Part shown: one piece after another, positions 1 through 11,454 of the stretch | Layout: every line of letters starts with the position of its first letter | Position numbering within the stretch: the stretch's first letter is position 1 | Assembly: GCA_963772365.1 (NCBI GenBank) | Contig: CAVYXA010000001.1 | Coordinates: forward strand, 1 to 64,000 | Length of the DNA stretch: 64,000 nucleotides | Direction: 5' to 3' | DNA from: an uncultured Verrucomicrobiae bacterium | GTDB taxonomy: Bacteria; Verrucomicrobiota; Verrucomicrobiia; Chthoniobacterales; UBA10450 | Position numbers and translations under genes: made by a program | Notes under the pieces: model-generated | The model's database searches: none | What the model was told of the DNA's origin: nothing | The model's input: the letters and a program-made list of their open reading frames with translations, nothing else

Positions 1-639
1 GGTGAGGTACTGCCGGGAGAGGTCGCGCCACGCCGCGATGCGCTCGTCGGTGCCGGCGTCGATCGCCCGCCCGAGTGCCTCGTGTCCCTCGGGGTCGGTG
101 GCCCAGACGCTCATCACCTCGGTGTCGGTCATCATCACCTCGTAGAGCCCGACCGGCACATGGCCGTAGTCGCGGGCCACCGGCTCCCAGCTCTCACGCA
201 TGGCTGCGAGGTACGCCGGCGCCGCACCGGGCGTGCACCGCGAGAGCTCGTGCACGAACACCGATCCGCTGACCCCGTCACGCTGCAGGTCCGCGATCGT
301 CGGGCACCCGGGCGCCGCGCCGAGCAGCCGATCGAAGCCCCCGGAGCGCACCTCCAGCGCGGTCTTCCACCACTCGTTCAGCTCGGGGTTCTCGGTCCGG
401 CTGAGATTGGTGCTCTCCATCAGCCGGCGCCATCCCGTGCGCCCCTCGATGCACTCCCAGATGTTGACGACCTGTGGCCAACGCCCGGTCGAGCCCATCA
501 CGTAGAAGGTGCCGAGGAGCTCCAGACCCTTCCCGGCCGCGGTACCGGTGTTGAAGCCGACCGTGTGCTCCATGTAGCGCATGGCGCCTTCGCCGACGAT
601 GTCGACGTACTCGTGCAGGTACATGTTCCGGTCGCTCAT
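1..639 (-). CDS. NIPSNAP-like hypothetical protein (3' end runs off window)
   Basis: Read manually from ATG at 639: MSDRNMYLHEYVDIVGEGAMRYMEH...LLGTFYVMGSTGRWPQVVNIWE...RSGGFDRLL; two similar halves; open to base 1, so absent from the ORF track. Confidence 0.6.
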   Translation of the reverse strand, partial: MSDRNMYLHEYVDIVGEGAMRYMEHTVGFNTGTAAGKGLELLGTFYVMGSTGRWPQVVNIWECIEGRTGWRRLMESTNLSRTENPELNEWWKTALEVRSGGFDRLLGAAPGCPTIADLQRDGVSGSVFVHELSRCTPGAAPAYLAAMRESWEPVARDYGHVPVGLYEVMMTDTEVMSVWATDPEGHEALGRAIDAGTDERIAAWRDLSRQYLT

Positions 640-691
640 CGCGGCGGACACTACCGGACCGGCTCTGCCGGTCATGCCAGGATGCGCCCCG

Positions 692-1629
692 ATGGAGACG
701 GTCGGGCATCTGCTGCGAGACGCCTCGCCCGAGCTGGCGCCGGCTCGAGGTTCCGATCCCCGGTGCGCTGCGTACGCGTTGGACCTTCCGGTGCCAGCCC
801 GCGACGGGCCCGTCTCGGTCGGCTGGACCGACCACGAGGGCGCACCGCGATGCTCGGCCGGTCCGGGCGTGCTGCGCGACCGCGCGGTCGACGGGCTCCG
901 CGCGCGTTCGCCGCGGCCGCGAACGTCGGCGTTGCGAACACCTGGGGCGCCAAGGGCGTCTTCAACTGGGACGGCCCGCACCACATGGGGACCTGCGGAC
1001 TGCAGGCGCGACGACTTCAAGCTCCTCGGCTTCGCCGGGCTCGACCTGCTCTGGGCCGTCGGGCTCGACCCGGCGGAGTCGCCGCCCGACCGTACGAGCT
1101 CGGCGCGCCGGTCGTGCCGATCGCAGCCCGCCGACCTCGCACCGTTCGCGACGCAGCGTCGCGCGATCGTCGTACCCGATCGACGCCGCCGCCGCTGTTC
1201 GAGCGGCTCGCCGCGGTCGCCCAGCCCGGGTACGTCGACGACCGCGTTCCCGCGCCATCCGGCCCGCGCGGTCATGGACATCAAGCAGCGCATGGCGCCC
1301 GGAGCGTCGTCACCGCCCAGCCCGGGCCCGGCCGGGCTCTGGGTCGCGCGGACCTTCCCCACCGACGCGCCGGGCACCGTCGTCGTCCCCGCGGTCGACG
1401 GCGCCGGGCATCGGTGTCGCGGTCGCGCTCGCCGCCGGCCGCGCCGGGCCGACCCGCGACCGCGGTCGCGGTCGGCCCGGTCGACGACACGACTCGCGGC
1501 GGTCCTCGAGCTCGCCGACCGCGCTCGACGCGCCCGTCACGGTCGAGGTCTGGGCCGACGACGTCGACTCGTCGCTGACCGTGCTGCTCGTCGACGCGGC
1601 CGGTCCCGTCGTAGCGTGGACGACCATGA
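692..1629 (+). CDS. Hypothetical protein resembling central/C-terminal domains of TPP-dependent (acetolactate synthase-like) enzymes; frameshifted
   Basis: Stitched frames: AGPGVLRD..AFAAAANVGVANTWGAKGVFNWDGPHHMGTCGLQ..LDLLWAVGLD..HPARAVMDI..GLWVARTFPT; ATGA overlap with next gene. Confidence 0.55.
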
Positions 1630-2401
1630 CGAGCGACCGCACGTCGCGGTCGTCACCGGCGCGTCCATCGGGATCGGGCGGGCGCATCGCCGTCGCGCTC
1701 GGCGGGCTCGGGCTGGCGGTCGCGCTCGGCGCCCGCCGGCACCGACGAGCTCGACGAGACCGCCGAGCTCGTGCATCGAGGCCGGCGGCGAAGCGTTCCC
1801 GATCGGTCGCTCGACGTCACCGACGCCGCCTCGGTCGACGCGTTCTTCACGCGCCGCCGAGGACGCGCTCGGTTCGGTCGACGCGCTCGTCAACAACGCC
1901 GGCGTCGCGGTCCCGGGCCCGTTCTGGGAGCTCGATCCCGAGCAGCTCGAGCGCGAGGTGCGCACGAACCTGCTCGGGCCGATGCTGTGCACCCGGCGGG
2001 TCCTCCGGCCCGATGATCGACCGGCGGCCGCGGCGACGTCGTGTTCGTCTCCTCCGACGCCGCCCACGCCCGCGGCCGCGGGATGCTCGGGTACAGCGCG
2101 AGCAAGGCCGGGGTCGAGGTCGTCGGCCCGGGTCGCTGGCCATGGAGCTCGGAGGGACCGGGGTGCGCGCCACGACCGGTCCGGGTCGGCCCGACCCTGA
2201 CCGACTTCGCGTGCGGGCTGGACCGCCGGGCAGATCGACGCAGCTCGATGACCTACTGGCCGCCGCTTCGGGATCCAGCGCCACTTCAACACGCTGCGAG
2301 CCCGCCGACATCGCCCGGGCCGTCGTGTACACGGTGACGTCGCCGCCGGGCGTCCACGTCGACCTCATCGAGGTGCAGCCCGAGGCCCCGCACGACCGTA
2401 G
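1626..2401 (+). CDS. SDR family oxidoreductase; frameshifted
   Basis: VAVVTGASIGIG, LVNNAG, FVSS, YSASK motifs. Confidence 0.85.
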
Positions 2402-2444
2402 ACGCCGTTCGAAACTCGCGCCGGTCGCGGTACGCTGCGCGCGC

Positions 2445-3729
2445 ATGCAGCTTGACGACCTGATCATCGTGAGCGTCGACGACCACGTCGTGGAACCGCC
2501 CGACATGTTCGAGCGCCACCTGCCCGCGAAGTACGCGGACATCGCGCCGCAAGCTGATCCGCAAGGACGACGGCACCGACGTCTGGTCGTTCCAGGGCTT
2601 CGAGGTCCCCAACATCGGGCTCAACGCGGTCGCCGGGCCGGCCGAAGGAGGAGTACGGGATCGACCCGACCTCCTTCGAGGAGATCCGCGACGGTTGCTT
2701 CGACGTCGAGAAGCGCGTGCTCGACATGAACGCGAACGGCGTGCTCGGCTCGCTCAACTTCCCGAGCCTGCCCGGCTTCGCGGGCCGCCTCTTCGGCGCG
2801 CTCGAGGACAAGGACACCGCCGATCGTCCTCGCGCAGGCGTACAACGACTGGCACATCGACGAGTGGTGCGGGTACGCGCCCGAGCGCTTCATCCCGCTC
2901 GCGATCCCGATGATCTGGGACCCGGAGGCGTGCGCGGCCGAGGTCCGGCGGGTGGCGAAGAAGGGTTGCCACGCGATCACGTTCCCGGAGAACCCCGAGC
3001 CGCTCGGCCTGCCGAGCCTGCACTCCGATCACTGGGACCCGGTCTGGCAGGCGTGCTCGGACGACGGGACGATCGTCTGCATGCACATCGGCTCGTCGTG
3101 CAAGCTCGTGATGACCGCGGTCGACGCGCCGATCGACGTGATGATCGTGCTCCAGCCGATGAACATCGTGCAGTGCGCGGCCGACCTCATCCACTCGCCG
3201 GTGTTCAAGAAGTTCCCCGACCTCACCGTCGCGCTGTCCGAGGGTGGCATCGGGTGGATCCCCTACTTCCTCGAGCGCCTCGACCACTCGTACCGCGTGC
3301 ACAAGGCGTGGACCGGCGCGGACTTCGGCTCGAAGATGCCGAGCGAGGTGTTCATGGAGCACGTCGTGCTCTGCTACATCTCCGACGCCGTCGGCGTGAA
3401 GCTCGCGCGCGACATCGGCGTGGACCGCATCACCGTCGAGGTCGACTACCCGCACTCCGACACGAACTGGCCGTACGCGCCCGAGCGGATGATGGAGGAG
3501 TTCGACGCGACCGACCTCACCGACGCGGAGATCAACGCGATCACGCACGAGAACGCGATGGGCTTCTTCCGGTACGACCCGTTCTCGATCCGGCCGCGCG
3601 AGCGGTGCACGGTCGGCGCGCTGCGCTCCGAGGCCGTCGGGTGGGACGTCGAGCCGCGTCGCCGCGGTCGTCGAGCACGAGGAGCGCACCGGTCCGGTGA
3701 CGGTCACCGACCTCACCGTCACCGCGTAG
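2445..3729 (+). CDS. Amidohydrolase family protein (Amidohydro_2 type); frameshifted
   Basis: SVDDHVVEPP, AYNDWHIDEW, CMHIGSS, LSEGGIGWIPY, DYPHSD. Confidence 0.9.
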
Positions 3730-3812
3730 ACCACCGCTCGCAGTCAGACCGTGGCATCCGCATAGGGTCGGCGTACTGCGCTTCGTCCGCGCCGCCGCGA
3801 TGGTCCCGAGCC

Positions 3813-4969
3813 GTGCGAATCCTCGCGGCGTGCTCCCTCGGCGGTGCCGGTCACCTCCGCCCACTGCAGCCTTTCCTCGACGCCGCGGAACGGCGCCGTG
3901 CCGAGACCCTGGTCATCGGACCGCCGTCGATGCAGGCGATGGTCGAGGCGGCCGGATACCGCTTCGTCACCGGCGGCGAGCCCGACGAGTCGGAGATCGC
4001 GCCGATCCGGGAACGCCTCCCCTCGCGCCACCCGGCGAGGCGTCGGTGCTCGGCAACCGGGAGCTCTTCGGCCGCCTTGCGGCCACCGCGATGCTTCCGG
4101 GGACGGAGCGCACGTTCGCCGGCTGGAAGCCCGACTTCGTGCTGCGCGACCCGTGCGAGTACGCGTCCGGCCGTCGTCGCCGGACGGCTGGGCATTCCCA
4201 GCGCGGAGGTGGCGATCTCCATGGCCGAGGCCGAGATGGGTTCAATCGACGTCGGTGGCACCCGTGCTCGAGGCGCATCGCGCCGGCCTGGCCGACGAGC
4301 TGCGCGGTTCGGCGTACCTGACGCGCTTCCCGGCCGCGCTCGACCCATCGCCGTTCCCGCACACCTTCCGGTTCTCCGGAGCCGGACCCGACTGCTACCA
4401 CCGCACTTCCGGACTGGTGGAGCGGGTCCGACGCGCCACTCGTGTACCTGACCTTCGGCACGGTGCTCGGCCACATGACACTGGCATCCGACATCTACCG
4501 CCTGGCGTTGCGCGCGGTCGACGGGCCTGCCGGTCCGGGTGCTGCTGACCACCGGTCGCCAGCTCGACCGTTCCGCCTCGGCTCCATCCCGGCCAACATG
4601 CACGTCGAGCCGTGGATCGACCAGCGCGCGGTGCTCGCCTCGACCGATCTCGTGGTCTGTCACGGAGGATCCGGGACCGTCTTCGGCGCGCGTCGCCGCG
4701 GGCGTGCCCACCGTCATCGTGCCCGGTGTTCGCGGATCAGTTCGAGAACGGCCGACGGGTCGCCAGGAGTGGGGCGGGTCTCACCGTGGAGGCCGCATCC
4801 GTGAGCTCCGACGGGACTCGAACCGTGATCGGGGAGGACGATGCGCCCGCGGATCGAGACGGCGATCACGACGGCGCTCGCCTCGACGTCTCTTCGCACC
4901 GAGGCTCGTCGCATTGCGAACGAGATGGCCGCGGACCCGAACGTCGACGACCTGCTCGAGCGCTCCTGA
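3813..4969 (+). CDS. Family 1 glycosyltransferase (GT-B); frameshifted
   Basis: GAGHLRPL, PDFVLRD, VYLTFGT, VEPWIDQ..LVVCHGGSGT, FADQFEN. Confidence 0.85.
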
Positions 4970-4975
4970 CCGGAG

Positions 4976-6257
4976 CTATCCCGGCGGGATCGCGCCGGCG
5001 ACGGCGGGGTCCGGGGCCGGCAGGCCCTGCTGCTCGTATCATGGGCCGGGCGAGCTTCGCCTTCACGAGCGCGGCGGTCACGACGTAGGGCTTCAGCGCG
5101 GCGGCGAGCTGGGCGTCGGTGTGCAGGCCCTCGGGACCGGCGTCCGCGCAGAGCTTCCGGGCCGCACCGAGCGATGCGTCGTAGAGGTTCTGCGGATCGG
5201 TGACCGTCGCCGTTGCCGTCCGACGCCCAGCGCCTCCACGTGCCCGGAGTGAACTGCATCACGCCGACCGCGCGGTCCCAGACGGGTCGGTGTCGAGAAG
5301 CCGTGGTCGCTGTCGGCCACCGGCTGCGTGTCGTGGGTGCCGTCGAGCGGGATGCCGACGATCGGCGGGAAGACGTCACCGTGGACGTCGGCCCGCGCGC
5401 CGCCGTGGGTGCCGTGGCCGGACTCGCCGTCCGCGATCCCGGCGAGCAGCCACCACTCGATCCCGCACGTCGGTGCAGCACCGCGAGGATGTTCGGCGCG
5501 GAGGTACGCGTCGAGCGCGGCAACCGGGATGCCGCGGACCGCGACCTTGCGGGCCGGGAGATCGCTCGCGGCCTGGCGCCAGACGTGCGTGCACGATGCG
5601 GTCGGCCTTCGGGAGCTCCGCCGCGAGGACGGCGAGCCGCTGCTCGACCCTCAGGCCTCGACCGTGGCGCTCTCCCGCCTTCGTCGCTTCCGCCGCGCTG
5701 GCGGCCGCTCCTCGGAGATCGCCCGCAGCGACGTCCCGGCCTGGCCGGCGAGCTTCATGCGGCGGCCGAGGTCGAGCAGTTCGTTCGACGGGAGGACCGC
5801 GAGCAGCTCGTCGCTCGCACCCTTGTAGGCCGCGGCGGCAACCCGGTCGACCAGCGCCTGGGTGCGCTCCAACGTCGCCTCGGCCTCCTGTTGCGCCACG
5901 GTGAGCTCAACGTCCGCTCGGCCAGCCTCGTTGCCGCTCGCGCAACGTCCGCTGCTCGGACTCGAGCGCGGCGAGGCGGTCTGGGCGGCGGCGAGCTCCG
6001 CCGACGGGTCGACCCCGGCACCCGGCAGGAGCGCAGCCCGAGCAGCCGCGGGTCGATGCCGGGCATGACCGAACCGGCGTCGGGCGGGACCACCGGGCCG
6101 GTGCCGCGGCCGTGGGCCGACGGCGCCGCCCGGCGGCCCCGATCCGGGACGCCAGGCCGAACGACGCCGCCAGGACGGCGACGAGCACGAGGATCACGCC
6201 GCAACGGGGCGTGCGCGCCCGGCGTCGAGCCGTGATCGACCGCTCCCGCACGTCCAT
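4976..6257 (-). CDS. Secreted lytic transglycosylase with coiled-coil region; frameshifted
   Basis: N-terminal hydrophobic segment, coiled coil ([11 protein letters not shown]), C-terminal [12 protein letters not shown]...[14 protein letters not shown]...DGNGDG..PQNLYDA. Confidence 0.75.
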
Positions 6258-6377
6258 GACCCGCACGCTCTCCGCCTCCACCTACCGGAAACCCGCCGGC
6301 GCGGCCGTCCATTCTGACCGATCCCGAGGGGTGCGAAATCCGCGAACCGGGCGCCCGCCCCCGTTAGGGTCGGAACC

Positions 6378-7550
6378 GTGGTCCGCTTCGATCCCTTCAG
6401 CTACGAGCACCACGAGGACCCCTATCCGACCTACCGGCGGCTCCGGGACGAGGCGCCCGCCTACCTCGACCCCGACCACGGCTTCTGGGCGCTGTCGCGC
6501 CACGACGACGTCCGGGCCGCCATCGACGACTGGGCGACCTTTTCGTCCACCGGGGGCATCACGCTTGAGCGCCGGACCGAGAACGTCGAGCCGATGCTCA
6601 TCGAGATGGACCCGCCCCGCCACACCGAGCTGCGGGCCCTGGTCAGCCGGGCGTTCACCCCGAGGCGGGTCGCCGACCTCGAGGCGCCGATCCGGACCTG
6701 GCCGACGAGCTCTCCGCCGGGTTCGTCCGCGGCGCCCGGGTCGACGTCATCGAGGACTTCGCGGCGAAGCTCCCGATGGCCGTGATCTCGGTGATGCTCG
6801 GGGTCCCCCGCGAGGATCAGGACGAGCTCCGGTCGTGGTCCGACGCGATGCTGCACCGCGAGGAGGGGAGCGCGGAGCTGACCCCGGCCGGCATCGACGG
6901 CGCGACCCGACTGTACGGCTACTTCAACGACGTGATCACCAACCGTCGTCGAACCCGAGTGAAGATCTGGTGGGCGCGCTCGTCGCGGCCCAGGAGGGCG
7001 ACCGGATGCTCTCCGCCGCCGAGGTGCTCGGGCTTCTGCTTCCTGCTGCTCATCGCGGGCAACGAGACCACGACCAAGCTCCTCGGCAACGCGGTCTACT
7101 GGCTTGCGCGCATTCCCGGACCAGCGCGCCCGGGTGCTCGCGGACCCGACCTGATCCCGGCCGCGGTCGAGGAGACGCTGCGCTTCGACACGTCGACCCA
7201 GGCGCTCGCCCGCGTGCTGACCCGCGACGTCGAGCTGCACGGCGTGACGCTGCCGCGCGGGGCGCAAGGGCCTGCTGCTGTTCGGCTCCGGCGAACCGCG
7301 ACGAGCGCCGCTGGGACGAGCCCGACCGCTTCGACGTCGACCGCAACCCGGCGGGCCATCTCGCGTTCGGCCACGGCATCCACCACTGCCTCGGCGCGCC
7401 GCTCGCCCGGCTCGAGACGCGGGTCGCGCTCGAGGTGCTGCTGCCCGCTGCTCGGCGAGTACGCGGTCGACGTCGACCGGCTGCGGAGCGCGTGCACTCG
7501 GGCAACGTCCGCGGCTTCGCCCGGCTCCCGATCGAGGCTGCCCGGCATGA
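6378..7550 (+). CDS. Cytochrome P450; frameshifted
   Basis: [30 protein letters not shown] haem motif. Confidence 0.92.
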
Positions 7551-8332
7551 CCAGGAAGCACCACGTCCGGATCGGCAAGGACCCGGAGCGGCTGAACCGC
7601 GCGTTCTGGGACGACGACGCCGACGACTACCAGGCCGAGCACGGGTCCCAGCTCGACGTCGACGACGATGGGCTGGGGCGTCTGGGACCTCCCCGAGTCC
7701 GAGCTGCAGCGTGCTCGGCGACGTCACCGGCCTCGACGTGCTCGAGTACGGCTGCGGCGCGGCGCAGTGGGCGATCAAGCTCGCCCGCGCCGGGCGCGCG
7801 CGTCACCGGCCTCGACCAGTCACGCGGCCAGCTCCGGCACGCGGCCGAGAAGGTCGCCGCCGCGGGCGTCGCGGTGCAGCTCGTCTGTGCGAGCGCGACC
7901 GCGGTCCCGCTCCGCGACGCGTCGTTCGACGTCGTCTTCTGCGACCACGGCGCGATGAGCTTCTGCGACCCGTATCGCACCGTCCCCGAGGTCGCGCGGC
8001 TGCTCCGGCCCGGCGGGCTGCTTCGCGTTCAACATCTCGACGCTGCTGCGGAACCTCTGCTTCCCGCCGGGCGACCCCGATGCGCCGATCACCCGGAAGC
8101 TCCACGGCAAGTGGTTCGGCGCCCGCGCGTTCGACTGGGGCGACGGCACGATCGACTACCAGATCCCGCACGGCGAGTGGATCCGCCTGTTCCGCGACCA
8201 CGGTCTCGTCGTCGAGGACCTGCTCGAGCTGCGCCCGCCGAAGCACGCCACGAGCACCTACGGCGACTACGTCGACCACAGCTGGGCCCGCCGCTGGCCG
8301 GCCGAGGAGATCTGGAGGGTGCGGAAGCGTGA
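7547..8332 (+). CDS. Class I SAM-dependent methyltransferase; frameshifted
   Basis: [31 protein letters not shown]; overlaps P450 stop. Confidence 0.85.
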   Translation: MTRKHHVRIGKDPERLNRAFWDDDADDYQAEHGSQLDVDDDGLGRLGPPRVRAAACSATSPASTCSSTAAARRSGRSSSPAPGARVTGLDQSRGQLRHAAEKVAAAGVAVQLVCASATAVPLRDASFDVVFCDHGAMSFCDPYRTVPEVARLLRPGGLLRVQHLDAAAEPLLPAGRPRCADHPEAPRQVVRRPRVRLGRRHDRLPDPARRVDPPVPRPRSRRRGPARAAPAEARHEHLRRLRRPQLGPPLAGRGDLEGAEA

Positions 8333-8869
8333 TCGGGGTCGCCGAGACCGCGCTGCTCGTACCGGTGCGCGAGGCCGAGCCGCTCGTGCGCCACCACCGG
8401 CACGCGCTCGATCCGGTCGCGCCGCTCGGCGTCCCCGCCCACATCACCGTCCTGTACCCGTTCATCCCGCCCGACGCGTCGACCAGACGTGTGCGACGCA
8501 GATCGCCGAAGTGCTGCGAAGGGTTCGCGCGCGTTCGACTTCGCGCTGCGCGACGTGCGCAGCTTCCCCGACGGCGTCCTCTACCTCGCGCCCGAGCCGA
8601 CCGAGCCCTTCGTCGCGATCACCGCACGCCCTCGCCGCGCGCTGGCCCGACACCCGCCGTACGGCGGCGCGTATCGACGGACGTCGTCCCCCACCTGACC
8701 GTGGCCATGGCCAACGGCGTCCGCCGCATCGCTCGGATCGCCGACGAGCTGACCGGCGGGCTGCCGATGCCGACGCCGGGCCGACGACGGTCTGGTTGAT
8801 GGAGGGCCAGCCCGGAGGGCCGGCTGGGCGATCCGGGCCGTGTTCCCGCTCAGCGCCGCTCGAACGTGA
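8329..8869 (+). CDS. 2H phosphoesterase (2'-5' RNA ligase family); frameshifted
   Basis: Two HxT motifs: [10 protein letters not shown] and PHLTVA. Confidence 0.8.
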
Positions 8870-10485
8870 AGCCCGACCGCCTCGCGGTCCCAGGTCGCGT
8901 CGGTCACGCCGTCGTCGCGCAGCTCGTACTTGAGGACCCGACCGACCGGGTTGCGGGGCAGGTCGTCGCGGAACTCGATGTAGCGCGGCACCGCGAAGTA
9001 CGGGCACCTGGTCGACCGACCACCGGCACAGCTCCTCCTCGGTCACGGTCGCGCCCTCCTGCAGCACGGCGGTGACCTTCACGTCGTCCTCGCCCTGCTC
9101 GCTCGCGCACCGCGTGGACGGCGACGTCCTTGATCGCCGGGTGCGCGACGAAGGTGCGCTCCATCTCGAAGCTGGAGATGTTCTCGCCCCGCCGGCGCAG
9201 GTAGTCCTTCTTGCGGTCGACGAAGTACAGGAACCCGTCGTCGTCGACCCGGCCGAGGTCGCCGGTGTGGAACCAGAGGTTGCGCAGCACGTCGACCGTC
9301 GCCTCGGGCCGGCGCCAGTAGCCGGCGAACATCAGGTTCGGGCCGGTCGGCCGGCACGACGATCTCGCCGATCTCGCCGACCGGGACCTCGCGGTCCTCG
9401 TCGTCGACGAGCCGGACCTCGAACTCGACGTCGTTGAGCCGGCCCGCCGCGCCGGGCTTGTTCGGCTCCCCCGCCGGGAGCAGCGAGATCAGCGACGCCT
9501 CGGTGAGCCCGTAGCCCGGCGCTGAACGTCGCGCAGCCGAACCGCTCGCGCCAGATGCGGTCGGTGTCGGGCGGCATCGGCGCGGCCGCGCACAGGCGGA
9601 GCCGGTGGCTCGCCTGTCTCGGGGACGTCCGTCGGCGTTCGCGACGAGGATCGCGAGCGACCCGAGCATCGACAGCATCGTCGCGTCGGTGCGCTTCACC
9701 TCGGCCCAGAAGCGGCTCACCGAGAACTTGCGGACGATCGCCGCGCTCCCGCCGGTGAGCAGCGTGCCGACGACGCAGACCGAGATCGCGTTGAAGTGGA
9801 AGAGCGGCAAGCGGCGTGAGCACGATGTCGTCCGGACGGCGCTGCCAGGCCCGGGCGATCTGCTCGGCGAGCGCGACCACGTAGTGGTGCGGGAGCATGC
9901 AACCCTTCGACGGGCCGGTCGTGCCCGCGGTGTAGATGAAGCAGGCCAGATCCGACGGCCGCGACCCGGCGGCGGGCGGGGCGTCGTCGGATCCGGCCGC
10001 GAGCGAGCGCCGCCCAGTCCTCGGCCGGCGAGCCGCGATGATCGACGCCGTCGGTCGGCCCGACCACGACGACGGCCTGCAGCTCCGGGCAGGTCCGTCT
10101 CGCGTACCGGTCGGTCCGAGCTCGGCGATCCGGGCGGCCAGGCTCGCCCTGGACGACCACGACCCGAGCGCCGGAGTCGGCGAGGACGTGGCGCAGGAAC
10201 TCGCCCTTGTAGGCGGTGTTGATCGGGCACCTGGATCGCGCCGAGCTTCAGCGCGGCGAAGAAGCTGATGACCTGCTCGGGCGAGTTCTCGAGCAGCGTG
10301 GCGACCCGGTCGCCCCGCCCGACGCCCAGCGCGGCGAGCCCGGTGCGCGACGCGGTTCGCCGCTCGTCCATCTCCCGGGCGGTCAGCGCCACGCCGTCGA
10401 AGTCGAGGTACGGGCCGTCGGGATCGGCGGCGAGGCGCAGCGCCAGCGCGTCGAGAACAGTCGTGTCGCGGGCCGGACCGGTCAT
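8850..10485 (-). CDS. Acyl-CoA synthetase (CaiC/FadD-like); frameshifted
   Basis: YTAGTTGPSKG, YGLTE, FHTGDLG, VDRKKDYLRRRGENIS. Confidence 0.9.
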
Positions 10486-10598
10486 GACCTGACACTACCG
10501 TCACGTCCTCGCGCAGCTCAGTGCCGAACGCCCCCCACGGGCACTTGTAACACTCGAAATCGTGGCCGGCCACGCCGGTGGACTGGCACACTGCGGGC

Positions 10599-11406
10599 GT
10601 GACGACCGTGAGGTACTCGGCGGGGCAGGCCGAGCTGGTGCGCGTCCCGTACGTCGACGTCCTCGTGGACGCCGACGTGGTGAGCCTGACGCCGGAGCAG
10701 GTCGGCGCCAACGGGTGGGCGGCACCGACGTGGTCGGACGGCGAGCAGGTGCGGGTGGGCGCGGCGGTGTGGGTCATCGAGTCGGACGGCCGGCGGATCG
10801 CCGTCGACCCCGCGCAGGCGGCCGACGACATCCTCCGCTCCGGGCCGGACGCGTCCGTGCACCAGGAAGCGTTTGCGAGCGTGCTCGAGGTGGCCGGCTA
10901 CCCGCGAGTCCATCGACACCGTCATCGCGACGCACATCGACGGCATCGGGATGATGGCGTGGCGCGACGACGACCGGTGGAGCCCGTTCTTCCCGAACGC
11001 CGAGCTGCTGATCTCGCGCCGCGAGCACGACGCGATCGCCGGCAACGGTCCGTACGAGCCTTCCGGGACCGGGGCGTACCTGGCACTGCACTCGCAGGGC
11101 GTGGTGACGACCGTCGACGACGAGCACGCAGTGACCCCGGACGTCACGCTCCGGTGGACGGGCGCGCACTCGCCGGGCCACATGGTCGTGGACATCGGAT
11201 CTGGTCACGACCCGGCAACGATGCTCGGGCACCTTGCACTCAGCCCGCTGCACTTCGTCGTCGAGAGCGCGAGCCGGCTGCATGGAGATCCCGCGGTAGC
11301 CACCGCGGTCCTGCACACCCTCAACGACGGTCGTTTGCTCATCGGCCCGCTGTGGCCGGCGCCCGGCGCGGTCCGCTGGACGAATGGTTCGGTGGAGACC
11401 GCGTAG
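10599..11406 (+). CDS. Metallo-beta-lactamase-fold protein with atypical metal motif; one frameshift
   Basis: WVIESDGRRIAVDP, IDTVIATHIDGIG, FPNAELL, GAHSPGH. Confidence 0.7.
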
Positions 11407-11454
11407 TCCGCACACGACGTCCGGCTTGCACGACACGGTGCGAGACTCCGGCGC

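Noticed and set aside
6112..8799. Apparent P450-methyltransferase-2H fusion ORF
   Set aside because: Artefact of indels shifting three separate overlapping genes through one frame
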